Origin: Candidatus Daviesbacteria bacterium
GTDB taxonomy: Bacteria > Patescibacteriota > Microgenomatia > Daviesbacterales > UBA10151
Reading direction: 5' to 3'
NCBI GenBank assembly: GCA_028712705.1
Contig: JAQTPP010000001.1
Span: forward strand, 81,521 to 145,520
Length of the DNA: 64,000 nucleotides
In this document: piece after piece, positions 26,835 to 35,565 of the stretch
Numbering within the stretch: position 1 is the first letter of the stretch
Layout of the letters: every line of letters begins with the position of its first letter
Notes under the pieces: model-generated
Told to the model about the DNA's origin: nothing
The model's database searches: none
Seen by the model: the letters and a program-made list of their open reading frames with translations, nothing else
Program-made: the position numbers and the translations under genes

Positions 26835-26870
26835 GTGGAAAAAATTTTGGGGAAGGGGTATGCTGGGGGT

Positions 26871-27005
26871 ATGATTGTAAAAGTTAAGGAAGGATTTAGG
26901 GTGGTGGCGGAGAGCGGGAGAAATATGGGAACTTATTCAACCAAAGAACAGGCAGAGAAAAGACTTAGACAGATTGAAATGTTCAAACACATGAGGAAAA
27001 GATAA
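26871..27005 (+). CDS. Small basic protein (44 aa), not in the ORF track
   Basis: MIVKVKEGFRVVAESGRNMGTYSTKEQAEKRLRQIEMFKHMRKR*; TATGCT 6 nt upstream; TAATG coupling to the next ORF. Confidence 0.75.
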   Translation: MIVKVKEGFRVVAESGRNMGTYSTKEQAEKRLRQIEMFKHMRKR

Positions 27006-27274
27006 TGCTAGGCTTTAGCCGGAAAAGATTTTTCATTACTTTGGGATTAAGTGTGGGGATGTGGGTGATCACAGCTTTGATCCAGGCATATGTAACTTTT
27101 AGTAAATATCTAGGTACTTTTTCCAGTGGCTGTCAAGTTACTGGTTATCCAATAGACGTATGTGTATTAATGGGTCCTGATGTGCCTGCTATTTTGATTA
27201 TATTAATCAATATATTTTTCTGGTTCTGGATTATTCATCTATTTTGGAATTTTTTTCAGGAACGTGGCAAGTAA
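27005..27274 (+). CDS. Small two-TM membrane protein
   Basis: Two hydrophobic helices flanking a CxxxGYPxxxC loop. Confidence 0.7.
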   Translation: MLGFSRKRFFITLGLSVGMWVITALIQAYVTFSKYLGTFSSGCQVTGYPIDVCVLMGPDVPAILIILINIFFWFWIIHLFWNFFQERGK

Positions 27275-30211
27275 ACCAAAAGAGGCTAAGGTTATTATGC
27301 CTCCGGAAACTATCAGTAAACCGCCAAGAAATTCGTTTGCCGAATTTTTGGGGATTAAATTTTTCTGTTCTTCCAGGATTTTGCTGATATTGATTTGATC
27401 GGAAATATGGTTGGGGTTTTGGAAGGTAACTCCTAAGACGTCCGGCGTAGATAGGATGGAGTTTGATGATTGATTTGTGGTTTCGCTCCTAGAGCTTACC
27501 TCGGAGGAGTCAGAGCCCATCTCCGAGGTGCTAGCTGTACTGGAGGTAGAATTTGATGAGGTACCAGAGGAGATGGTTGAAGTGGGAGTTTGTGTAGGAA
27601 TTGGGGTGGGAGTAGGAGACGGGGGTATAGCAATTTCTATAGTGATGGATTGGGGGATTTCTTCGTTGCCCAGGTTATCAATTGATTTGATTTGTAAAGT
27701 GGTTTTACCCGGAGTAGAAATAATAAACGGATTTGAGTAAATATGTACAGTTTGCCCGTTATCCAAACTATATTCAATTCTTAGTATTCCTGATTCAGTA
27801 TCGTTACCGGTTAAAGTTACAGTAACTGGTTCAGTATAAACCCCTGAAAAATCTTTTGTTCCGGAGATTTGAATGTTGGTAACGGGCGGCGTTTGATCTA
27901 ATGCTGCAGAACCGGTAATTTCGCTGGTAGGACTAATGGGGACATTTATTTCGCTTGACGAATCAGGATAAAAATTAAGCGAGGGAGAAGTATCTAAAGC
28001 AGGATCAAGAGTAAATTCTACTTTGCCAACTTGAGGAACAGCAATGTCTTTATAGATTGTGGTTTTGGATATTTTATCTTGTTTATAGGTCCTTTTTTTG
28101 AGGTTAGTAGTTTTAGAGTTATTGGACGGATTTTTACGAGTTGTTTTTACTTTTACTTTTGCAGCTTTCTTTTTAACAAAAGCATGTTTAGTGTTTCCGG
28201 AAGTAATGCAAGAGACATCCGGAATATTTTCTTCTATTTCTCCTTTGTCATTTAAACCGCAGTGGCGGTTTTGATCATCATATAAATCTAATTCTCCGTC
28301 ATCCAAAGAAATTTGCTCGCCTTCCAAAACAATTCTTTCGTCTTTTACTTCCACAGGGAAAGAATTGTCATCATTTAAAATTGCTTTGACGGTTTGCATA
28401 GCTATGCCGCTGGAACTGACCAGGTCAGAGTGTTTTTGTTCTACATAATAGATTTTGATAGCACCGGAAATATCTAAAGAATCACTTTTTAAAGAGGCGC
28501 TATAAAGCGGAACAGTGCCGTCGCCATTGATAAAAATTTCATCTATTTTAGGGATTATATTAACAGGCCAGGTGATCCACCAAGTTTCATGAATTTGTCC
28601 TAAAGTTGGTTGGCTAGAACCAATGACTTCATAGATTTTAGTCCCATTAGTTTGATTTAATATCGGATCCAGCGAGCTATGGAGTGTTTCTCCAAATACA
28701 AAAACAATCATATTGTAAGCTAGGTTAGAAATGAGAGTTTTAGTTTGATCGTAATCTAGAGAACCAGTAATCTTATTATTATCTATATCGCGGTCATCTT
28801 TAAATGGATAAGGCTGATTCTGACTAGAATTATTATAGAAATCAAAGTAAGTTTTTGATGGTAATAATTGGAAAGCAGTGGGTAGATTCTGAAAAATGTC
28901 TTTCACTTCTGATGCAGGCACTCCTAGATAAAAATCACCCAATATTTGTCTACCTAGTGGTTTGCCATACATAAGAGCTTTAGTAGTATCTACTGCCCCT
29001 AAGTGAGGAACTCCCAGTTCTATCAATTTATTAACCTTAGCAGCTTTACTAGCATCTGAAATATAATACCTAGCTACTAGGCCTCCCATAGAATGGACTA
29101 CCAGATTGACTTGAGATTGACCGGAAGCTGTTTTAGCAGTTTCAATGAGATTATCTAAACTGTCTTTAGTGTTTCTGACATCTTTTCTCCAGTCATATGG
29201 AAAGGTAAAGAAATTTTTACCTTTCTCGTACCCCATTCCGGTAAAAAACGAATCAATATCAGAATATCCAAAAGAAGTTAAGTCTCCTGTTAAACTTAAA
29301 GCAGCCTCTGGGGTTTGCCCATCGGTTTTTAACCGTAAAATATCAAAATAATCATCATTTCCCAGTTCCGCAGCCTTATCCTGATTTACCCAAATCTTTT
29401 CATTGCTGGAATAAGCATGAGAATATGTCCCGCCATGGCCGTCTTGAGCAGACCAAATAATATCCTGAGATGCCTTTATCTCTGACCCGCCAATTCCCGG
29501 AATAAAAATTACCGGTAATCTTGGAGGTGGAGGTGGAGGTGAAGTGTTACTTAAGATAAAATATAAATCATCTTTAGTGCTAGAAAATACATTGCAACCA
29601 GAATTTGAAGTTTGAGAATTCCAGATATATTGAGAAGCGTTACAGAATCCGTTATCAAAAGCATATCTTAAGCCTCCGCCGCTAAATAAATCAGATCCCC
29701 CATGTCCTCCCGGACCATAAGCAGCGCTTGTAAATAATATTTTACCGCTGCCCGCGTTACCATTATTAGCATTGGTTATTAATATTAAGTACCGGTGTCC
29801 AGGGATGAAATTATAATTCCGGCAGGAAAAATCGATGGTAACGTCTTCGTATCCGATTGGGACGCCAGTTGTTGTAAAAGTTAAGCCATCTAATGGGTCA
29901 TTATGATTAGTTCCAGGACAGCCAATTATATATGAATTATTATTCTTGTCGTAGATACGGGTGTTTCTGGTGGTAAAATCAAATTGATTTAGATTGGTTC
30001 GGGAAGTACTGACTCTGAACGTGAAGGAGGATGCGGTGCCGGATAAATTATTTCCTAATTCTTGTAAAGCCCCCCAAACAGTTAGTGGATCGCTCCAAGC
30101 TTGAGTTTGTTCTGCTACAGAAACAGCAGAAATATTAGAAGTTGAGATCACAAAAAGTCCTACTACAAAAGTAAGCCGTATATATTGACGAAATGGCAGT
30201 TTTATATTCAC
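27239..30211 (-). CDS. Large surface-anchored LCAT/PGAP1-like lipase/acyltransferase
   Basis: Signal peptide, FIPGIGGS, YDWR, HSMGG, GVPHLGA and GDGTVP motifs; Ig-like DxTPP domain, PT/S-rich linker, C-terminal TM. Confidence 0.85.
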   Translation of the reverse strand: MNIKLPFRQYIRLTFVVGLFVISTSNISAVSVAEQTQAWSDPLTVWGALQELGNNLSGTASSFTFRVSTSRTNLNQFDFTTRNTRIYDKNNNSYIIGCPGTNHNDPLDGLTFTTTGVPIGYEDVTIDFSCRNYNFIPGHRYLILITNANNGNAGSGKILFTSAAYGPGGHGGSDLFSGGGLRYAFDNGFCNASQYIWNSQTSNSGCNVFSSTKDDLYFILSNTSPPPPPPRLPVIFIPGIGGSEIKASQDIIWSAQDGHGGTYSHAYSSNEKIWVNQDKAAELGNDDYFDILRLKTDGQTPEAALSLTGDLTSFGYSDIDSFFTGMGYEKGKNFFTFPYDWRKDVRNTKDSLDNLIETAKTASGQSQVNLVVHSMGGLVARYYISDASKAAKVNKLIELGVPHLGAVDTTKALMYGKPLGRQILGDFYLGVPASEVKDIFQNLPTAFQLLPSKTYFDFYNNSSQNQPYPFKDDRDIDNNKITGSLDYDQTKTLISNLAYNMIVFVFGETLHSSLDPILNQTNGTKIYEVIGSSQPTLGQIHETWWITWPVNIIPKIDEIFINGDGTVPLYSASLKSDSLDISGAIKIYYVEQKHSDLVSSSGIAMQTVKAILNDDNSFPVEVKDERIVLEGEQISLDDGELDLYDDQNRHCGLNDKGEIEENIPDVSCITSGNTKHAFVKKKAAKVKVKTTRKNPSNNSKTTNLKKRTYKQDKISKTTIYKDIAVPQVGKVEFTLDPALDTSPSLNFYPDSSSEINVPISPTSEITGSAALDQTPPVTNIQISGTKDFSGVYTEPVTVTLTGNDTESGILRIEYSLDNGQTVHIYSNPFIISTPGKTTLQIKSIDNLGNEEIPQSITIEIAIPPSPTPTPIPTQTPTSTISSGTSSNSTSSTASTSEMGSDSSEVSSRSETTNQSSNSILSTPDVLGVTFQNPNHISDQINISKILEEQKNLIPKNSANEFLGGLLIVSGGIITLASFGLLATFLKKIPK

Positions 30212-30293
30212 TTTTAATACTAGAATTGTTGATCGTGAAAAAGATCAATACAATATGTCTTTAAGATGATTTAAGGTAACAAACAAATACAGA

Positions 30294-30338
30294 TTCACCT
30301 CGTTCACCTCGAAGGAGTCAAAGCCCACCTTCGAGGTG
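30294..30338. repeat. Intergenic 34-bp hairpin with a 9-bp duplication
   Basis: TTCACCTCG occurs twice; CACCTCGAAGGAGTCAAAGCCCACCTTCGAGGTG (30305-30338) is identical to aspS 4464-4497. Confidence 0.9.
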
Positions 30339-30351
30339 TATAATTGGGCAG

Positions 30352-31050
30352 ATGTTTACAAATCAAAAGGTTTTGGGAATACTTTTAATTGTTTTTATAA
30401 TCGGAACGGCAATTTATTTTACTGTTACAAAGTTTAGTCGGGATGTCAGTAATTTATCTGCGACTCCGACTCCTGTTCCACAAGATATAAATTTTACACT
30501 TAATTCAACCCCTGCTCCTTCGGCGGCGAACGTGGCGCAGACCCAACAGACCCAATCAACTGAACTGCCCTTAGCCAAAAACAAAAGACTTGACCGGTTT
30601 CCCGGCATATTAAGACCGGAAGTTTTGCAAAATAAAAAAGCGGTTATCCAAACTTCCAAAGGTCTCATCCAGTTGCAAATTTACCCCGAAGCATCTATGG
30701 CTGCTTCTAATTTTATGCTTTTAGCTGCTAATGGTTTTTATGACGGATTAATTTTTCATCGGGTAGAAGATTGGGTGGTTCAGGGCGGCGATCCAACCGG
30801 TATAGGGTCTGGCGGGCCGGGATATGAGTTTCCTGATGAGTCGGTTACAAGAGCTTATGTGAAAGGTATAGTTGCCATGGCAAATTCAGGCCCGAATACT
30901 AACGGCAGCCAGTTTTTTATATTAAAAAAAGATGTTTCACTCCAGCCGAATTACACTATTTTCGGACAAATTATTTCGGGTGAGGACATAGTTGAAAAAC
31001 TCATTATAGGGGATGTAATGCAGAAGGTAGTAATCCAAAATCTACAATAG
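30352..31050 (+). CDS. Membrane-anchored cyclophilin-type peptidyl-prolyl isomerase
   Basis: FYDGLIFHRV, QGGDP and AMANSGPNTNGSQFF motifs. Confidence 0.93.
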   Translation: MFTNQKVLGILLIVFIIGTAIYFTVTKFSRDVSNLSATPTPVPQDINFTLNSTPAPSAANVAQTQQTQSTELPLAKNKRLDRFPGILRPEVLQNKKAVIQTSKGLIQLQIYPEASMAASNFMLLAANGFYDGLIFHRVEDWVVQGGDPTGIGSGGPGYEFPDESVTRAYVKGIVAMANSGPNTNGSQFFILKKDVSLQPNYTIFGQIISGEDIVEKLIIGDVMQKVVIQNLQ

Positions 31051-31054
31051 CTCT

Positions 31055-31101
31055 ATACAATATATTGTATATTGACACTTTAAGGTACCAATATGTTATG
31101 T
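31055..31101. promoter_or_regulatory. Tandem NrdR boxes
   Basis: Perfect palindrome ATACAATATATTGTAT (31055-31070) and a weaker TACCAATATGTTATGT starting 31 nt later, directly upstream of nrdR-nrdJ. Confidence 0.75.
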
Positions 31102-31114
31102 TATACTGGGTTTC

Positions 31115-31555
31115 ATGAAATGCCCATTTTGCCAAAGTAATTTGAGTAAAGTTAAAGACAAAAGAGCAGTTTTGCGTCGCGGAGAGATAAGACGTCGTCG
31201 GGAGTGTTTAAAATGCTCGAAGCGTTTTACAACCTACGAAATTCTGGCTGAGATAGAAATTTTGGTAATTAAAAAGGACGGAAGAAAAGAGTCATTTAAG
31301 CGGGAAAAATTGCAGAGGGGATTAAATAGAGCTTTAGAGAAAAGGCCGGGTATTGACAGAGTTGAAAGCATGCTTGATAGAATAGAAAGCCGGATTAGAA
31401 CTAAGCACTTGCAGGAAATTCCCTCGCAAACTTTAGGGAAGTGGGTATTATCAGAGTTGAAAAAACTAGATCCGGTTGCCTATTTGCGATTTGCAAGCGT
31501 TTACCGGACTTTTTCTGACCCGAAAGATTTTAAGAAAGAACTGGAAGCTTTATGA
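31115..31555 (+). CDS. nrdR: Transcriptional repressor NrdR
   Basis: MKCPFC, IRRRRECLKC, RFTTYE and AYLRFASVY motifs. Confidence 0.97.
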   Translation: MKCPFCQSNLSKVKDKRAVLRRGEIRRRRECLKCSKRFTTYEILAEIEILVIKKDGRKESFKREKLQRGLNRALEKRPGIDRVESMLDRIESRIRTKHLQEIPSQTLGKWVLSELKKLDPVAYLRFASVYRTFSDPKDFKKELEAL

Positions 31556-34161
31556 AAAAAACAAAAACTACACTGCAAGTTGTTTCTGTCAGGGAACATA
31601 AACCTAATGGTATGGATCCGTTTTCGCCAAGGCTTCAACGGGCAGGTCGTAATGGTCGGAGTTTCGAAACAAGATTTATCCCGCGCTATAAACTTATACC
31701 GGAGTTGCCGAGCGGTTTACCTGAACCGGCATTCTCCGAGAGCGCAAATAAAATTTTGAATGAAAGATATCTTCTCAAGAGTAGTAATTTGGAAATAGCT
31801 GAAACTGTTGCGGAGAGGTTTTGGCATATTGCTTTTGATATTGCCTCCGGTGATATTGATTTTGGCGCAACGATAAAAAATGTGACAGAAATGGCAAAAA
31901 GTTTCTATACCATGATGGTGCGCCAGGAATTTTTGCCTAATTCTCCGACAATAATGAATGCCGGAAAACAAAACGGGTTGCAGTATTCTGCCTGTTTTGT
32001 TTTGCCGATTGGGGATTCGCTGCCGGAAATTTTTGATACCATAAAATATGCGGCTTTGATTCACCAAACAGGCGGGGGAACGGGTTTTGCTTTTTCCAGG
32101 CTTCGCCCGGCAGGGAGCATTGTCAATACCACAGGTGGTGTGGCCTCCGGACCGGTTTCGTTTTTGCGGGTATTTAATGCTGCTACAGAATCTATTAAGC
32201 AGGGCGGTACGAGACGTGGGGCGAATATGGGAATTTTGCGGGTTGACCACCCGGATATTCTGGAATTTATCAGATGCAAGGCAGAATTGGATGATTTAAA
32301 TAAATCGGTATATGAAGGCATTGCTCAGTTTTTGCCGGATTCCTCTGCCAGAGATTTTGTCAAGACTTTGCTTTTGGATAAACAGATTGCCAATTTTAAT
32401 ATCTCTGTAGCGCTGACAAATAAATTTATGGAAGCGCTGGCAAAAGGCAAAGATTATGATTTGGTGAATCCCGGCAGCGGAGAGGTAGTTGGTAAATTAA
32501 ACTCAAGAGAGGTTTTTGATGAGATTGTGGAACGGGCTTGGAAAACAGGCGACCCTGGACTTATATTTATTGACAGGATTAATGATTCACCTTCCAACCC
32601 GGTGCCATCTTTAGAAACTATTGAATCTACAAATCCATGCGGGGAGCAACCATTAGCTCCTTGGGACGCATGTAATTTAGGATCCATAAATTTGGGTAAA
32701 TTTGTCCGTCAGCTGGCGGATGGGGGCTTGGATGTGGATTGGGAAAGATTGGAACAAACTACCAGACTGGCGGTACATTTTCTGGATAATGTGGTTCAGA
32801 CAAACCCTTTTACCTTAAAACAAATTTATGATGAAGTGCACCAAAACAGAAGAATAGGTCTTGGGGTAATGGGTTTTGCCGACATGTTGTTTAAGCTAAA
32901 GATTTCATATAACTCTGTGGAAGCGCTGGATTTGGCCGGCAGACTAATGAAGTTTATTAATGAAGTAGGACACGGCGCTTCGCAAGATCTGGCAGCGGAA
33001 AGAGGCTCTTTTCCAAACTGGACCCTATCAATTTATGCCGATAAACGCTCTTCGGCTTTCAAAAACAGGCCGGAATCCAGTGCTTATGTTGGCGGAAGAA
33101 AAATCAGAAATTCAACAATCACAACCATTGCCCCAACAGGCACGATTTCTATTATTGGGGATTGTTCCTCCGGAATTGAGCCGGTATTTGCGCTTAGTTT
33201 TATCCACAAAGCCAAAGCTAAAGGTGATGAGTACAGGACATTAACCATCGCCAATCAAACTTTTGCCGATATTGCCAAAGAACAGGGTTTTTGGAGCGAA
33301 GACCTGGCAGCTAAGGTACTTGAGCATGGGTCTGTTAGAAATATCCCTGATGTGCCGGAAGACTGGCAGAAAGTTTTTGTGACGGCCCAGGAGATTGAGC
33401 CAGCGTGGCATGTTAAAATGCAGGCAGCTTTCCAGGCATATACGGATAATGGGGTTTCTAAAACAATAAACCTTCCCGGTATCGCAACGCGTGATGATGT
33501 AAGGACTGCATACATGATGGCTTATGAGACAGGTTGTAACGGGATAACAATTTATAGGGACGGCTCCAAAAGCACTCAGGTTTTAAATGTTTCTTCCAGT
33601 TTGAATGAACAAGTCGAGTCTGAATCGGCTCCCATTGCCGAGAGGCCGATGATCCTCCGGGGTAGGACTTACAAAGTTTCAACGCCTGTGGGGGAGGCTT
33701 TTATTACTGTTAATAGGGATGCAAGTGGTCAACCTTTTGAAGTTTTTGTAACTGTCGGGAGAGCCGGTATGCATACTATGGCAGATGCGGAAGCTATGGG
33801 ACGACTGGTTTCCTTATCGCTTCGTTTGGCAAGAGGAACAAAGGAGACAGATCCAAAAGCAGTAGCATTGAAAATTGTCGGGCAACTGCGGGGGATTGGC
33901 GGAGCGTCATCAGTAGGTTTTGGAAAAAATAGGGTGCAGAGTCTGGCAGATGCAATTGCCAAAGTTTTGGCAGAAGATTTAGCGGAGATTGGAACGGAGG
34001 AGACTGTGGAAACTTTACCGCAGTCAAATACAGGTACAGATGACGTGATGCTGGCTCTATCACACAACCAAGCAGATCTTTGTCCGGAATGCGGCTCAGT
34101 TTCTTTTGTACTGGAAGAAGGCTGCAAAAAATGTCACTCCTGCGGTTACTCCATGTGTTAA
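31552..34161 (+). CDS. nrdJ: Class II (adenosylcobalamin-dependent) ribonucleotide reductase with TSCPD domain
   Basis: FLPNSPT, SACFV, GGTRRGANM, TNPCGEQ, IAPTGT, SKTIN and C-terminal CPEC..EEGCKKCHSCGYSMC. Confidence 0.95.
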   Translation: MKKTKTTLQVVSVREHKPNGMDPFSPRLQRAGRNGRSFETRFIPRYKLIPELPSGLPEPAFSESANKILNERYLLKSSNLEIAETVAERFWHIAFDIASGDIDFGATIKNVTEMAKSFYTMMVRQEFLPNSPTIMNAGKQNGLQYSACFVLPIGDSLPEIFDTIKYAALIHQTGGGTGFAFSRLRPAGSIVNTTGGVASGPVSFLRVFNAATESIKQGGTRRGANMGILRVDHPDILEFIRCKAELDDLNKSVYEGIAQFLPDSSARDFVKTLLLDKQIANFNISVALTNKFMEALAKGKDYDLVNPGSGEVVGKLNSREVFDEIVERAWKTGDPGLIFIDRINDSPSNPVPSLETIESTNPCGEQPLAPWDACNLGSINLGKFVRQLADGGLDVDWERLEQTTRLAVHFLDNVVQTNPFTLKQIYDEVHQNRRIGLGVMGFADMLFKLKISYNSVEALDLAGRLMKFINEVGHGASQDLAAERGSFPNWTLSIYADKRSSAFKNRPESSAYVGGRKIRNSTITTIAPTGTISIIGDCSSGIEPVFALSFIHKAKAKGDEYRTLTIANQTFADIAKEQGFWSEDLAAKVLEHGSVRNIPDVPEDWQKVFVTAQEIEPAWHVKMQAAFQAYTDNGVSKTINLPGIATRDDVRTAYMMAYETGCNGITIYRDGSKSTQVLNVSSSLNEQVESESAPIAERPMILRGRTYKVSTPVGEAFITVNRDASGQPFEVFVTVGRAGMHTMADAEAMGRLVSLSLRLARGTKETDPKAVALKIVGQLRGIGGASSVGFGKNRVQSLADAIAKVLAEDLAEIGTEETVETLPQSNTGTDDVMLALSHNQADLCPECGSVSFVLEEGCKKCHSCGYSMC
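31618..31646. repeat. Palindromic element, in-frame in the nrdJ N-terminus
   Basis: CCGTT-TTCGCCAAGGCTTC-AACGG-GCAGG; same family as lysS 46488-46517. Confidence 0.6.
32705..32720. repeat. Palindrome inside nrdJ
   Basis: TCCGTCAGCTGGCGGA (encodes VRQLAD); related to 836-855. Confidence 0.6.
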
Positions 34162-34190
34162 GCCTTCCGCCCCAAGGGTACAAAAATATC

Positions 34191-34235
34191 TAAATATCCG
34201 CAGGTGTCAATACAAATCCACCCCAAGGGTGGACA
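34191..34235. repeat. 45-bp direct repeat downstream of transposase 1
   Basis: TAAATATCCGCAGGTGTCAATACAAATCCACCCCAAGGGTGGACA; one mismatch to 34915-34959. Confidence 0.92.
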
Positions 34236-34246
34236 CGGCTGTCAGT

Positions 34247-34897
34247 TTAGTCTTCAACATCTAATAGTTGGTGTTTTATTAATTCCAATTTCTGGGCATA
34301 ATCAACTTGGTCTAGAACAAATTGCTGATAGTGTTTGGATGATTTGAAAAGACATAGGATAGCTTCTTTATTACAAATTCCGTCGGTATCACTCTCAATG
34401 TATTCCCTATAAGAAGACCAGCGATATTGATTTAGATCTTTTACCAAAAATGAAGCAATTGGATTTAAATGGATGTAACGGGAAGCATGGCTTAATTGCT
34501 CGTCAGATTCTATAAGTACTGCCTTGAATTCTCCTTGTAGCAGAGGACCAACACGGTTATATTTTACATTGTAATATTTAGTATAACTGTTGCTTAGTTT
34601 GCTAATAAATTCTGTAATTCCACCATCTTTTAACTGCTTTATTAGGAAATGAAAATGATTTGACATGAGGCAATAACAGATTACTTCAACTATTTTTTTA
34701 CTTGAATCAGGTTTGAAAATTGAACCAGCGAGAAATTTAGAAAGTTTTGGCTTGGGTCCTGCAAGCTGGTAGTAACACATTGTTTTAATGAGTCGTGAAT
34801 AATCCCAACTTTTTTCAAAAACACTTCTTTTTTCTACACCACGATTGTAAATGTGGTAATATTGCCCGTTTACAAATGGAAAAATTCTAGAAGGCAT
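34247..34897 (-). mobile_element. REP-associated tyrosine transposase (RAYT, Y1/HUH family), copy 1
   Basis: YYHIYNRG, YCLMSNHFH (HUH), RYIHLNP and YRWSSY motifs; flanked by palindromic repeats. Confidence 0.9.
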
Positions 34898-34914
34898 CTG
34901 AAGCTAGCATAGCT

Positions 34915-34959
34915 TAAATATCCGCAGGTGTCAATACCAATCCACCCCAAGGGTGGACA
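34915..34959. repeat. 45-bp direct repeat upstream of transposase 1, containing its -35 box
   Basis: Contains TCCACCC-CAA-GGGTGGA; minus-strand TTGACA-17 nt-TATGCT promoter points at ATG 34897. Confidence 0.92.
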
Positions 34960-34993
34960 TTCTATTATAGACATGGTTTGTTAAAATCAGCTC

Positions 34994-35527
34994 ATGAATA
35001 AAGAAAAAGGTTTGGTTATTTTATATACCGGTGAGGGGAAAGGGAAAACCACAGCTGCCTTGGGTTTGGTACTCCGGGCCGTGGGTCATAAGAAAAAGTG
35101 CTTGGTAGTTCAGTTTGGCAAAGCTTCTTTCACTGGTGAACTGGAAGCAGTAAAAAAACTTAAAACTGATGTTAAATTTATCCAGGGCGGTAAAGGGTTT
35201 GTTAAAATTTTAGGGGACAAGCTGCCCTTAAAAGAACATAAAAAAGCTGCAAAGAAAACATTTGATATATTATATAAGGAAATTATTAGTGGTAAATGGA
35301 ATGTAGCGGTGGCAGATGAAATAATTGGAGCAGTCTCATCCGGACTTCTTCCCGAGAGCTTAGTTGTGAAATTAATTACAGATAAACCTGAGAAGCTGGA
35401 TTTAGTATTAACCGGTCACCATGCGTCAAAGAAATTAATTGGGGTGGTTGATTTAGTAACCGAAATGCGGAGAGTAAAACATCCTTACCAAAAAGGAATT
35501 CTGGCAAAAAAGGGTATTGACTTTTAG
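34994..35527 (+). CDS. cobO: Cob(I)alamin adenosyltransferase (CobA/CobO/BtuR type)
   Basis: YTGEGKGKTTAALG, ADEI, LVLTG and KHPY..GI.AKKGIDF motifs. Confidence 0.93.
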   Translation: MNKEKGLVILYTGEGKGKTTAALGLVLRAVGHKKKCLVVQFGKASFTGELEAVKKLKTDVKFIQGGKGFVKILGDKLPLKEHKKAAKKTFDILYKEIISGKWNVAVADEIIGAVSSGLLPESLVVKLITDKPEKLDLVLTGHHASKKLIGVVDLVTEMRRVKHPYQKGILAKKGIDF

Positions 35528-35550
35528 CACTCATTGCACTAAACTGCTAA
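35517..35550 (+). promoter_or_regulatory. CIRCE-like (HrcA) operator overlapping the lon promoter
   Basis: TTAGCACTC-N9-AACTGCTAA (35524-35550; consensus right arm GAGTGCTAA) overlapping TTGACT-17 nt-TAAACT. Confidence 0.75.
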
Positions 35551-35565
35551 TAGTTTTAAGAAAAT

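Noticed and set aside
31552-34161. Intein or intron in nrdJ
   Set aside because: No intein splice motifs or endonuclease domain. The extra segment near 32280-32390 is non-palindromic and looks like ordinary lineage variation.
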